Source: Bacteroidota bacterium (GTDB lineage: Bacteria > Bacteroidota > Bacteroidia > J057 > JAJTIE01). From it: a stretch of 64,000 bases of DNA. How positions within the stretch are numbered: position 1 is the stretch's first letter; each line of letters opens with the position of its first letter. This document shows positions 47,101-56,000 of this stretch, one piece after another. Under the pieces are notes generated by a model. It was not told the DNA's origin, did no database searches, and worked only from the letters and a program-made list of their open reading frames with translations. The stretch is taken from assembly GCA_019638695.1 (NCBI GenBank), contig JAHBTG010000004.1, forward strand, positions 3,233 through 67,232. Direction: 5' to 3'. The translations under genes were made by a program, and so were the position numbers.

Positions 47101-48610
47101 TACCTACTGCTGCGCTCCATACACCGCCGGTGACGGCAGCAGCTTCAAAGGTATAGGTACTGTCGTTGCAGACTGCTATAGGAGAGGTGCCGGCTTCTGC
47201 AAAATGGAAGGTTACCAGCAGGCTATCCTGAACAAGGCCGCAGCTGCCTACTGTGGCATCCGTTCTCCAGTACAGTTTATAAGTACCCGGGATAAGCGCT
47301 CTAGCCACAGAGGTCGGAGAAGCCGGGGTGTCAAAGCTGACGTTTATGGGGTCTTCAGCAACCCATATGCCACCGACGCCTAATGACACAGCCACCGGAT
47401 CTGCATAGAGTATAAGGGAATCGGCCCCACAGACCACGGAATCTCCACCGGCTTCGGTAAATACAAAGGTCAGGTCCACACTGTCTACCAATGACAGCGG
47501 AGGATCTGCCGTCCAGTAGGCACCATACGTACCGGCCGGGAAGCCCGGAGCCACACTTACAGAAGAAGTAGGACTAGTGGACGCAGCAAATAACAGGCTG
47601 CCAGGAGGATTTGAAGACCATGTTCCGGGAGAAACTACTATTGTGGAAGACGCATCCAGCAAAGTATAGGGACCAGCGCTACCACAAAGGGTATCATTGA
47701 TCAACGGAAAATCAATGGCCCAGAGCTGGGAAGTCACTACAACCGTATCTGTGTATACGCAACCATTGGCGGTTACGGTATATGACCATACCAGAGTATC
47801 GGCCAAGCCTCCGGCACCCAGGTTCCTGACGATGGAAGTAGGTGAAGAAGGTGTATCAAAAGTAGCCGTACTGGCACCGTGTGCACTCCATAATCCGGTC
47901 TCGCCGGTCATCAGCGGTTCGGCATAAAGCTCGAGCGTATCCACATAAATGGTGGAATCTATACCTGCGCTACGTTCCAAACGGGTAGAAAGCGGGGCAT
48001 CTGAGGTGCGGGCAACCGTAACGACAATAGGTGTTGAAATGGTCTGATGGATCAAAAAAACAGGATTCCCGAAACCGTCATCATCCCAGGAACCGATGGT
48101 ACCGGCAATCACAAACTGCGGGTTAATGTCCACTTCGCAATAAGGAGTTGCTGCAGCCCTGGCGTATATCGTACCAATCTTGACGGTATCATTCAGCAGG
48201 AACTGGTTGGGAGTGGGAATGGTGCCCGGAGAAGGGTACACATAGCTCTTGATAAACCGGACGATCAGGCGCCGGGAGAGTGAACTGACGCTCAGCACCA
48301 TGGGTTCATAGGGAACCGCGGGGTTAAACTCCCAGTCTGAAGTACCATTAAGGCGAGAGCCGGTGGTATCGACCAGCCTCGCACCCACACCATTACTGAT
48401 GGCAGCCCAGTCTGCAACGGTGAATTCAATGGGAATATCACCACTACCGATTTCAAGCGGCGTGGCCTGTTTGTTGATAATGAAGATATCAAACAAGAGC
48501 GAATCTGCGCCACCGCGGCGCTTCTCCATTCTTATCTCGTAGTTATATGATTGGGCAAACACATTAGCGCCCAATAATATGAACAGCATAGCGACGAGTA
48601 TCCTTTTCAA
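44153..48610 (-). CDS. giant secreted protein (1485 aa): cohesin-like N-module, many Ig-like repeats, dockerin-like C-module, no recognisable T9SS CTD
   Basis: TTG start at 48610 (plus strand ...tccttttcaa), giving the signal peptide MKRILVAMLFILLGANVFAQ. The repeated AGxxxxVCxxSTYxxxA...GGxWS...GxxTxxxxxSxTSxVSVxxPGxYKFYW module fills most of the protein. The last 250 aa are homologous to the C-terminus of the 646-aa protein. Confidence 0.88.
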   Translation of the reverse strand: MKRILVAMLFILLGANVFAQSYNYEIRMEKRRGGADSLLFDIFIINKQATPLEIGSGDIPIEFTVADWAAISNGVGARLVDTTGSRLNGTSDWEFNPAVPYEPMVLSVSSLSRRLIVRFIKSYVYPSPGTIPTPNQFLLNDTVKIGTIYARAAATPYCEVDINPQFVIAGTIGSWDDDGFGNPVFLIHQTISTPIVVTVARTSDAPLSTRLERSAGIDSTIYVDTLELYAEPLMTGETGLWSAHGASTATFDTPSSPTSIVRNLGAGGLADTLVWSYTVTANGCVYTDTVVVTSQLWAIDFPLINDTLCGSAGPYTLLDASSTIVVSPGTWSSNPPGSLLFAASTSPTSSVSVAPGFPAGTYGAYWTADPPLSLVDSVDLTFVFTEAGGDSVVCGADSLILYADPVAVSLGVGGIWVAEDPINVSFDTPASPTSVARALIPGTYKLYWRTDATVGSCGLVQDSLLVTFHFAEAGTSPIAVCNDSTYTFEAAAVTGGVWSAAVGNPGVATITDVNLYNSTVSVNTPGLYKFYWGYNAGVPCGIVQDSVEIDFAFVEAGTTPVTVCNDSTYTFDATAVTGGVWSAAVGNPGVATIATPGSEISTVSVNTPGVYKFYWSATIGACSAQDSVEVTFAFAEAGTTPAAVCNDSTYTFDAEPLTGGAWSAAVSNPGVATIATPGSETSTVSVNTPGVYKFYWSATVGACSVQDSVEVTFAFVEAGTTPVAVCNDSTYTFDATAVTGGVWSAAVGNPGVATIATPGSETSTVSVSIAGTYKFYWSATMGACSAQDSIEVTFAFIEAGTSPMTVCDSTYIMDAPALIAPVTIGTWSQVSGLGTATFTDASSPVSGVTVDVPGTYRFYWTGNVVGACTPVDSVDITFNFVTAGPDLVLCDANTAGLAGFDPTIIGASGGQWSVIASPGGSGAPVFSNDTAPTSVITVDTPGSYTLRWQSTGTLPLGCVSHPFDDVTVVFNYVSAGPDSNICGLSVTLEGSDALTQLGVSANWLFVSGPGSPTYNPGNSTYNTAVTVDVPGTYVFRWQTTAPGPGCSVAHSDDVTLNFAVAAAGADQNICTDNTTLNATPVTSPYIGTWVPITAGFTVTDPSDPNSLFTTTSVPGTPDSLMWSVSDGFCVTYDTLVITSNRVDLKTVEGDTSFCGTDTPVIRILASDAGVSYTAFDGITPLSSSTPGNGSVLMLPLTLFPASGNITVTVTGQRTVPFTCTEDMANTVVINRTTGLGVELTVFMEGCIDTTGSVPMNFALLNSTYTLLTDVFGDGSPALDPTGFVQPADSNTVMASLPIDAVDVLKLEIRSSATGPAIDSAYAWLMADGSVRDFATATNPAVNFCDGNPDGNYYIVVRHKNHLPIMSSVAVPLNSVVPSSWSFNNPANYYQDPGLTPAVAIINRNAAPAYVVYAMLAGNVYDNAVFNDVGEVNAADFFRTRVAAISNPSNVYTQTDASLDGDLNAFDVTIVRTNNNDLRITSVPNP
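44156..44905 (-). other. shared C-terminal module with dockerin-like tandem Ca-loop motifs, copy in the 1485-aa protein
   Basis: FMEG...VDVLKLEIR...AYAWLMADGSV...YYIVVRHKNHLPIMS...AGNVYDNAVFNDVGEVNAADFFRTRV...TDASLDGDLNAFDVTIVRTNNNDLRITSVPNP(stop). The second loop DASLDGDLNAFD fits the EF-hand/dockerin DxxxDGxxNxxD pattern. Confidence 0.5.
46200..47210 (-). repeat. four near-identical tandem coding repeats (period about 243-249 nt) inside the 1485-aa gene
   Basis: For example, the 37-nt string GAGCCGGGAGTAGCGATGGTCGCCACACCAGGATTGC occurs at 46332 and again at 46575 (243 nt apart). The protein units (E)AGTTPV(T/A)VCNDSTYTFDATAVTGGVWSAAVGNPGVATIATPGSE(I/T)STVSVNTPGVYKFYWSAT(I/V)GACS(A/V)QDSVEVTFAF are almost identical. 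Confidence 0.85.
48044..48550 (-). other. cohesin-like N-terminal module, copy in the 1485-aa protein (aa 21-189)
   Basis: SYNYEIRMEKRRGGADSLLFDIFIINKQATPLEIGSGDIPIEFTV...DTVKIGTIYA. This is the most divergent of the three copies. Confidence 0.4.
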
Positions 48611-48673
48611 AGCAGTTATATTTTTAAGGTTAGCCAGAGGATCTATTTTGCGAAAGGAGATAACAACAGGAGA

Positions 48674-50944
48674 TTAGCGCTCCAGTTCAATCAGTTTGCG
48701 GGTTGCCGTAACGTCATTGACACGCAGCACCACAGTGTAGGTACCAGCGCTTACCGATTGGAGACGAGACCCAAACTCATAGGTATAGGTACCTGCAGGC
48801 AGCGTACCGTCCTGCAGAGCCGCCACACGGGCGCCCAGGAGGTTGTAGACTTCCAGCGTGATCTCAGCAGACCTATCCAGTGTAAGATAGAGTCCGGTTT
48901 TACCCACAAACGGGTTAGGATAAGCCTGGAATCCAACGCCCTCGGCAGCCAGATCGCGGTTGGTGAGGCTCACCACCACAAAGTCTGAGGTAGCGGCGCC
49001 GCAATCATTAGTAGCCGTCACCGTGTAATTGCCGGATTGTGTAGCCACCAGCATGTTGGTATTGGCGCCATCGATCAGAATACCGTTATGGAACCATTGG
49101 AGATTGCCCGGGGCATTCGTAGTCAGCAGGTTATCCGTTGCCTGAATAACCGGCTGAACAGGTTGAGGGGTGATCTGTACGGTAATAGCGGTAGAACGCT
49201 CTGAGATACAGTTGCCATCCTTGCTGGATGCACGATAGATACCTTCTTCTGTAACCAGGAGCTCACTGTCCGTATTCGTCATGATATTACCGTTCTGGTA
49301 CCATACATGTGTACCGGTAACGCTGGAAGAAAGCATGAGGTTTTCGTTCTCGCACACTTCTACAACACCGTTACTTACAGTGCGGCTGGCAGAAACTTCG
49401 GGAGCGGCCACACTGCGCTCGGCAATGACAGCCGCATTAGAGGTAGAGGAAGCGCATCCGCCGTCCATCATCACAGCAGTATAGGTACCGGGCTGGGTAG
49501 CTACAAAATCAGCACCTGCGCCATTGATGGACTGGCCGTTGCGATACCAGGCATGCACACCCGTCCGGTTACTGCTAATGGTAATTTGCTCGCCCTGGCA
49601 GATCTCGCTTGCGGCAGCCGCAATTTCAGGTGTCTCCAGCACAGCAGTGCGGATAGTAATGGTGGCAGGCTGGGTGTTGCAATCTGTAATGGCCTCGGCA
49701 CGGTATACACCGGGCTGAGCCACTATGAGCTGGGTACCGCTGGACTGCACCAGGCTATTATCCTGGTACCAGCGGTGGTTGCCCGAAAAGTCGGAGGTAA
49801 TGGTTACCGTCTGTCCGGAGCAAATCACACCCGCTGACGAAGCAGACAGGTTGGGATTCACATTATCTACGATGCTAACCGTAACCGGATCTGAAGCCGT
49901 AGACTGACAGTTGCCGTTCACACTCACCACAGTGTACGTACCGGCCTGGTTGGCCACCAACTGGTTACCTGACCCTGTAATAACCTGGCCGTTGCGATAC
50001 CAGATGTGCGTACCTGATTTGTTAGAATTGAGCGTAACCGAAGAAGAAGCGCAGATCTGAGTGGCGCCGGCAGCAGAAAGTTCCGGAGTCTCTGCGGTGC
50101 TGTAAGCGAGGTCCACCATCTGAGAGACCTCGGAACGGCAGGAGTAGAACATCGATACCGCAGTATAGGTACCGGGCTGGGTAGTTACCAGCTCATTTTC
50201 AGAGGCGCTGGGGATCAGCTCGCCATTGCGGTACCATTCATGAGGACCGGCATAGTTCGAAGTAAGTTCAAAGCTCTCACCCGGGCAAACAGCAGTGCCG
50301 CCAGAAGCCAGCTGAGGCACGGCAGGCTTGTAACACAGCGGAAAATCGGGTGCAGGGTTCACGTAATCGCCATTGGATTTGATATCAGAGTAGATGTACT
50401 CTGTGATCATATTACCGGAGCCGGGATTAAAAGGATCTTCTACCGTGCGGGTCTCCCATTTCATCACAGCAGTAGGAGCCACCCGCCATGTGGTGGTCGT
50501 AAACCCGCTATGATCGGTTACGGGGATCACCAAACGCCCCACACGGGTGCGGGTAGAAGTGACCATAGCACCCAATGTCTTGTCATCAGGGGTTTTATGC
50601 AACGTATTCAGTACCACGTAGTTAGTCCCGTTACCTTTGGAAAGGGACTCATAATGAGCGGGCATGGTCTGCACATGCCAGGGCCCGCTCTTGGTAAAGT
50701 CAATAGAAGTGGAAGGCAGATTGAGATAATTCTGATTGACAAAGAGGGAGAAGTTGCAGGCAGCCAGTGCAAAGTCCGGCCCGCTGGTTTTCTGGATATA
50801 GATATCTACATTCAGTTTTCCTGGCTCAACAGACTGCTCCACTTCCATGCGGAAGAACTTGTTTTGAGCAAAAACCTGATTGAGCGCCAGCAGGCAGCAA
50901 AGTGCCGTGAGCAAAGCAAATGAGGCGATACGTTTGCGCAACAT
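48674..50944 (-). CDS. secreted protein (756 aa): cohesin-like N-module, six Ig-like C..W(Y/F)xNG repeats, T9SS type A C-terminal sorting domain
   Basis: Start placed at the ATG at 50944 (MLRKRIASFALLTALCCLLALNQVFAQ), 13 nt after the upstream stop; an alternative ATG at 50974 overlaps the upstream gene. There are six repeats such as TQICASSSVTLNSNKSGTHIWYRNGQVITGSGNQLVANQAGTYTVVSVNGNCQSTAS. C-terminus YPNPFVGKTGLYLTL...LEVYNLLGARVAAL...GTYTVVLRVNDVTATRKLIELER matches the type A CTD. Confidence 0.88.
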   Translation of the reverse strand: MLRKRIASFALLTALCCLLALNQVFAQNKFFRMEVEQSVEPGKLNVDIYIQKTSGPDFALAACNFSLFVNQNYLNLPSTSIDFTKSGPWHVQTMPAHYESLSKGNGTNYVVLNTLHKTPDDKTLGAMVTSTRTRVGRLVIPVTDHSGFTTTTWRVAPTAVMKWETRTVEDPFNPGSGNMITEYIYSDIKSNGDYVNPAPDFPLCYKPAVPQLASGGTAVCPGESFELTSNYAGPHEWYRNGELIPSASENELVTTQPGTYTAVSMFYSCRSEVSQMVDLAYSTAETPELSAAGATQICASSSVTLNSNKSGTHIWYRNGQVITGSGNQLVANQAGTYTVVSVNGNCQSTASDPVTVSIVDNVNPNLSASSAGVICSGQTVTITSDFSGNHRWYQDNSLVQSSGTQLIVAQPGVYRAEAITDCNTQPATITIRTAVLETPEIAAAASEICQGEQITISSNRTGVHAWYRNGQSINGAGADFVATQPGTYTAVMMDGGCASSTSNAAVIAERSVAAPEVSASRTVSNGVVEVCENENLMLSSSVTGTHVWYQNGNIMTNTDSELLVTEEGIYRASSKDGNCISERSTAITVQITPQPVQPVIQATDNLLTTNAPGNLQWFHNGILIDGANTNMLVATQSGNYTVTATNDCGAATSDFVVVSLTNRDLAAEGVGFQAYPNPFVGKTGLYLTLDRSAEITLEVYNLLGARVAALQDGTLPAGTYTYEFGSRLQSVSAGTYTVVLRVNDVTATRKLIELER
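50348..50863 (-). other. cohesin-like N-terminal module, copy in the 756-aa protein (aa 28-199)
   Basis: NKFFRMEVEQSVEPGKLNVDIYIQKTSGPDFALAACNFSLFVNQ...TSTRTRVGRLVI...TTWRV. Closely alignable with 43432-43863. Confidence 0.5.
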
Positions 50945-50957
50945 ATAGTTAGTGGGA

Positions 50958-52898
50958 TTAATTCTTAGGTGCATTGGAAATACGCAGTTGGCGAGAGTTG
51001 AAGCTGGTGATAGTCATGTCGCTGCTATTGGAATAGCCATCGAAGCGGACATCGATCTGCTGGTAGATCTGGTCTCCTGCAAGCAGGTTGTTAGCCACCC
51101 GCTGGCGGAAGAAGTCGGCAGAGTTCACCTCATCTTCATCATTAAAGATCAGGTTATCATACACGTTGCCACCTATCATGGCATAAGCCCCGGGATTCAC
51201 AAATACCAGGTTATTGTTAGCAACATTGCCCAGCACGGACAAGTCCAGAGATACCGGCGTAGTACTCAAGGTATGGGCGCTTGCGGTAATAATGGAGATG
51301 TGGTTACGGTGGCGCACAACCACGTTGTAGCTACCGGCGCCTACTCCGCAAAACATAAGGTGATTCCCTCCTGCATTACCGGAGAAGAACGGCTGCACAC
51401 TGCCATCAGACATTACCCAGGCGTAGCAGGTATCCAGCTTGGCGGTAGGCGGATTGGGCCAGAGCTCTACTTTGATGACGTCCACCGCACCGGCAGGAAC
51501 GGCCACGTCACGATACATCTTGGGAACCGGCTGGCCGTTATACAAGGCAACCGGGCTCGTTTCGGAGTACATACTGTCCAGCAAACTGGAATAGCTGGTA
51601 GTGCTGATCTTGTTAAGCGTATCGGACATATCTCCCTCAACCGTACGATACGCACCTTCCAGGTACACCTTTATATCCAGCCGGACACTTTCATTGACTG
51701 TGACAAGCACACTGGAACTGGTATCTCCCAAACAACCCGTGTTGGAGATCGTCCGTAAGGCAAAGTGAGTGGGCGTAGGCTGCCCGGGTATAATACCGGG
51801 GCTATAGAACACGTCAGAAGTCTGGCCAGGCACGTCTGCCCAGGTAGAACCGCCGTCCGCGCTGAGAATCCACTGCAAGTCGGCAGTGGGATCATATCCG
51901 GTAGCTTCCAGGCGAATAGTATCCACCTCGCAAATGCTAGAAGCAGAGATAACTGCCGCCGTACCCGCAGGGGAAGCGCATGCCCCAAAGGCGTAATAAC
52001 CCAACTGAATAGGGTTGAAGGCATTGTTCACTCCTATATAATAAGGAGGGGAACCATTCTGATAGAAATCATTCCCCATGGAACCATATGGCTGCACACC
52101 ATCCGGACTATACACGATATGCGTAGAAGGAATCTGCGCAGGAGAGATGCCGGAGGAAAACTTAAGTTCTATATCCCCCGCATCGTTATAGGTACCTCCG
52201 AAAGCAGAGATCCGCCAGTGGTGGTCCGGAAATACGAGGCCCACCCCAGGACCGGGGTTATTGAGCGGGGGAGTAGCCAATGCTTCGGCCTGCACAAAAG
52301 TGCCTGCATCCGCCACAATAGAACCAAAGTTAATCTTCTTGGCCTCGGTAGCCGTACCCACAGGAAGAACTAATGAAGTATTATCTACATTAATGGCCAC
52401 AGGGCCAACCACCCAGCCATTGGCACCCAGGTCAATCGAAGGAGATACGGGTATTGTTCTGTCAAAAATGAGAAGATCCGAAGCGCTGCCATTGGTATAG
52501 ATCATGGCTTCCGGAGCATCCAGGGAAGAAAATACGCTCAGGGTATCCTGTACATGGAGAGAAGCCGTAGCAGGAGACTCCAGCACAAGGTATCCTACCG
52601 TGTCATGACCAGCAGCTTTATATAACAGATTGCCGGCACCGGTAAATCGTACGGCCACCTCATCCTCTGTATTGTGGCTAAGCCGCCCGTCATTACTAAG
52701 TGTATCGGCCAGGTACAGGCTGCCTTGCAGGAGCAGCTCGCCCCCGGTGGCTATCCCCACATTACCCGTTACATACACCTGTTCCCCATTGCGCACGGAA
52801 AGTACTCCTCCATTACCTACATGCAGGCGTGTCTGCCCCCATACCTGAAACGGGAGCAGCAAAACAGCAAGTAAGGAACCGTGAAGTAGTAGTCTCAT
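50958..52898 (-). CDS. secreted protein (646 aa) ending in the dockerin-like C-module, no recognisable T9SS CTD
   Basis: Signal peptide MRLLLHGSLLAVLLLPFQVWGQ; ATG at 52898 verified. The last 242 aa are homologous to the C-terminus of the 1485-aa protein. Confidence 0.85.
   Translation of the reverse strand: MRLLLHGSLLAVLLLPFQVWGQTRLHVGNGGVLSVRNGEQVYVTGNVGIATGGELLLQGSLYLADTLSNDGRLSHNTEDEVAVRFTGAGNLLYKAAGHDTVGYLVLESPATASLHVQDTLSVFSSLDAPEAMIYTNGSASDLLIFDRTIPVSPSIDLGANGWVVGPVAINVDNTSLVLPVGTATEAKKINFGSIVADAGTFVQAEALATPPLNNPGPGVGLVFPDHHWRISAFGGTYNDAGDIELKFSSGISPAQIPSTHIVYSPDGVQPYGSMGNDFYQNGSPPYYIGVNNAFNPIQLGYYAFGACASPAGTAAVISASSICEVDTIRLEATGYDPTADLQWILSADGGSTWADVPGQTSDVFYSPGIIPGQPTPTHFALRTISNTGCLGDTSSSVLVTVNESVRLDIKVYLEGAYRTVEGDMSDTLNKISTTSYSSLLDSMYSETSPVALYNGQPVPKMYRDVAVPAGAVDVIKVELWPNPPTAKLDTCYAWVMSDGSVQPFFSGNAGGNHLMFCGVGAGSYNVVVRHRNHISIITASAHTLSTTPVSLDLSVLGNVANNNLVFVNPGAYAMIGGNVYDNLIFNDEDEVNSADFFRQRVANNLLAGDQIYQQIDVRFDGYSNSSDMTITSFNSRQLRISNAPKN
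50961..51686 (-). other. shared C-terminal module with dockerin-like motifs, copy in the 646-aa protein
   Basis: KVYLEG...VDVIKVELW...CYAWVMSDGSV...YNVVVRHRNHISIIT...GGNVYDNLIFNDEDEVNSADFFRQRV...IDVRFDGYSNSSDMTITSFNSRQLRISNAPKN(stop). Confidence 0.5.
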
Positions 52899-52941
52899 AG
52901 CGTTCAGGCGCGATTGTACATAGCTTAGGGAATATTCATCT

Positions 52942-52949
52942 CAAATATA
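52942..52949 (-). promoter_or_regulatory. candidate -7 box (TATATTTG on the minus strand) for the 646/756/1485-aa operon
   Basis: Plus-strand CAAATATA is TATATTTG on the minus strand, 44 nt upstream of the ATG at 52898 and just downstream of the terminator of the preceding gene. Confidence 0.35.
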
Positions 52950-52992
52950 GATAGCTTTCACAACACGAGCATCATCCCACAAACAAAAAACA

Positions 52993-53029
52993 CAAAAAAA
53001 AAGGAGGGTAAATACCCTCCCTTTTTTTC
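52993..53029 (-). terminator. intrinsic terminator after the STAND/WD40 gene (bidirectional shape)
   Basis: GGAGGG / TAAATA / CCCTCC hairpin (53003-53020), flanked by A9 on one side and T7 on the other. It lies 13 nt downstream of the stop at 53043. Confidence 0.7.
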
Positions 53030-53042
53030 AGATATATAATTT

Positions 53043-56000
53043 TTACTTTAACAGGATACGCTGGCCGGGGCGCAGCTCATCGCTCTTCAGGTTATTGATA
53101 GCCCTGAGCTCTTCTACTTTCATCCCGTATTTTTTGGCAATGCTGTAAAGCGTTTCACCTTCTTTCACCTTATGTTTTTCCGGACGATTCTGCCAGTTCT
53201 GCATAGGATCCAGGCGGTCTACTTCCCGCAGTTCCGTGCCGTCTGTTTCATCCAGCAGGGTACCGTCTTTGGTATCGCGCAGGCCGGTGGCATCGGCATC
53301 CAGTTTCTTGCGGTCTACAATATAGAAGTACTCTTTCTCTTTGGGTGTCAGATCCCGTTTCTTAAGATTGGTACGCACAAAGTCTATGAGTTCCTGGCGG
53401 TTGGGCAGTACTTTAAAGATATGCACGCTAAACTTAGGCTCCTGCGGGAAGCGGGAGATGCTCATGGCAATCTTGCTGGCATCCGGGCTGAAGACCGCAT
53501 AATACCCCAATCCTTCATGGCCGGAATAAGTAGCCAGGTGCGTGAAGTACTGGGCGTCCCACAGGCGAGAGGTTTTATCCTCTGAGCTGGTAAGGATGTA
53601 CTTGCCGTCACTGCTGAACTCGGCATAATAGACCACATTATCATGGCCGCCTACCCCGCCTTCCAGCCCGCCCAGGCGCTTGCCGGTGGCTGTGCTCCAC
53701 ACCTTAGCCGTGAAATCGGCCGAGGAAGTCACCAGCTTGTTATCTTCGGGACTAAAGGCGGCATGCAATACAGGCGCTTTATGACCCAGCAAACGGCTGC
53801 GGATATTCCCGGTAACCCCATTCCAGATAATGGCAGTACCATCCTCGGAAGTAGTAACCACCATCGTACCGTCATTACTGAAAGTACTGAAGGTTACGGG
53901 TGCAGAGTGGCCATTCAACACCGCAATAAGCGATCCGCTCTCGGTATCCCACAGGCGGGCGGAACCATCCCTGCTGGTAGTCACCAGGCGGGTGCCCTGC
54001 GGGTTGAAAGAAGCATGCAACACCGCGTCCGTATGGCCTTCCAGTACGGCAATCTTGGTGCCTGTATTGGCGTCATACAAGCGCGCAGTCTTGTCCAGGC
54101 TGGTCGTCACCACCCGGTGGTTATCATCTGAGATGGCCGCATGAGTGAGCAAATTGCCATGTCCGCGGAATACGGATAAGCTGCGCTTACGCTCAAAGTC
54201 CCAGAGGCGGGCTGTAAAGTCCTCTGCAGTAGTGACGATATAGCGCCCGTCTTTGCTAAAGGCAGCCCTGTCTACAATGTGGGTGTGCCCGCTCAATACC
54301 CATAGCTCCTTGCCGGTAGCCACGTCCCATACACGGGCGGTCTTGTCCCAGCTGGAAGTGATCAGGCGGGTGCCATCGGGACTGAAGCGGTTATAGATCA
54401 TCTTGTTATTGTGACCCAGCATCAACTGCAGGGGCTTTTCATTAACAATCTTATCCGCTGCATTATAAAGGGCGGCCTCCGCCTCCGGCACATAGGGGCG
54501 GTCGGTAGTATCTCCTATCGTCTCAGGCAGGGCATATTCAGCCAGAAGCACGCCCACTTCCGGATTACCTGACTGCACTTCATCCCGTGCCTGGTTACTC
54601 TGGAACATAGACTCGTTCATGTAGGCGCTATTGCGCTGGCGTTTGGCTTCTGCCAGCGCCTCCAGTGCACGCTGCTTCTCCTCCCGGGCAATTTTCTCAT
54701 TCACCTCGGCACGGTCGCGCTGGCGCTCAGCTTCCTGGCGCTGCATTTCTGCCAGCGCTTTCTGCTCCATAGCTATCTTCTGCTGCACTTCCGCAAAACG
54801 ACGGCGTTCATCCGCCGTGAGGCGTTCGCGGCGGGCGATCTTGGTCTGAATCATAGCCTGCAGCTTGTTTCGCTCGGCCAGCAACTGCTGCAGCTTGGCG
54901 CGGCGTTCCTGCTCCACCGCTTTCTGGCGCTGAATCTCGGCCTGGCGTGTCTGCTGCTCGGCAATCTCTTTTTGCTTGAGCGCGTCTTTCTGCGCGGCGA
55001 TGGCTTTGATCCGCTCGCCGTTTGCCCAGAAAGCCAGTGCACTGGCCAGCAGGAGCAACGCAGAAATAAGCACAATGATGAACCACATGATGCGGCGCTG
55101 GCGCTCCAGCTTTTCTCTGCTGAGCAGCAGGAACTCATCAATGTCTTCCAGGTAAAGCTCGGCCTGCTCCATAGGCTCCAGCTCCGGCACAATCTCCTCG
55201 GGGGTGATGTAACGGCGTATCCAGGCAGGTGTAGGCCGGGTATCTTCATACCAGGCATTGAAGAAGTTGTAGTTACCGCTGTTGAGCAGGTACTTGGGCA
55301 GGCAGTCATTCTCCAGCCAGCGGTTGACCTGCACCTTGAAGTCTGTATAGATAGACACCCGCTTATGCTCGCGCTCGGCCCATTCTACCAGTTTGTCCCA
55401 GTTACGGATCAGGGCCTCATGGGTAATGTCCAGTACCGTGTTCGGCGCCAGCTCGCGTGTCTCGGGGCGGCTGGGGTCTATGTATGGCTGCACAAAGGTA
55501 TTTCCCGGCTCACGGAAAATATTGAGAAGGCGGCCCACCATCAGGTAGTCCACATCATCGCGGCCAATAATATCGGTGATCTCCTGCAAGGACATGCGGT
55601 TGCGCACCGCACGGTTCTCATCTATCTTGGTAAGGCCGGTAAACGCGTAGCGTATGATCTCCTGCGCCTTCTCCTTGGTGACGTGCGGCTCATACCGCTC
55701 ATTATAATAGATGTGTGCGTTATTATAAAGCTCGTTGGCGTGCCGGTTCAGGATATTGCGCAGCTTGGGCTTGAGATACAGCTGGCGGCTTTCATCCGGC
55801 AGCTTACTGAACCACCGCTGGTACTCTTCTACCTGGTTGCGGGGCAGCTTGAGCTCTGCCAGGCCCCCTACCTTGGCATAATGGATAAGGTCCAGCTCTT
55901 CGGTGCCTTGCTTGGCCTCGGTCCATATCTGGTGGAGGGCATGCTGCAACACGGGCAGCTGGTCTATACCATCTCCCAGGTCATTTAATATACGCTGGCT

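Noticed and set aside
54972-55988. 338-aa plus-strand ORF, and Arg/Ser/Ala-rich ORFs (54631..54849, 54808..55309) over the coiled-coil region of the STAND gene.
   Set aside because: This is a mirror-frame artefact of a charged coiled-coil coding region (GAA/CAG/CGN-rich). The minus-strand frame has Walker motifs, WD40 and LysM.
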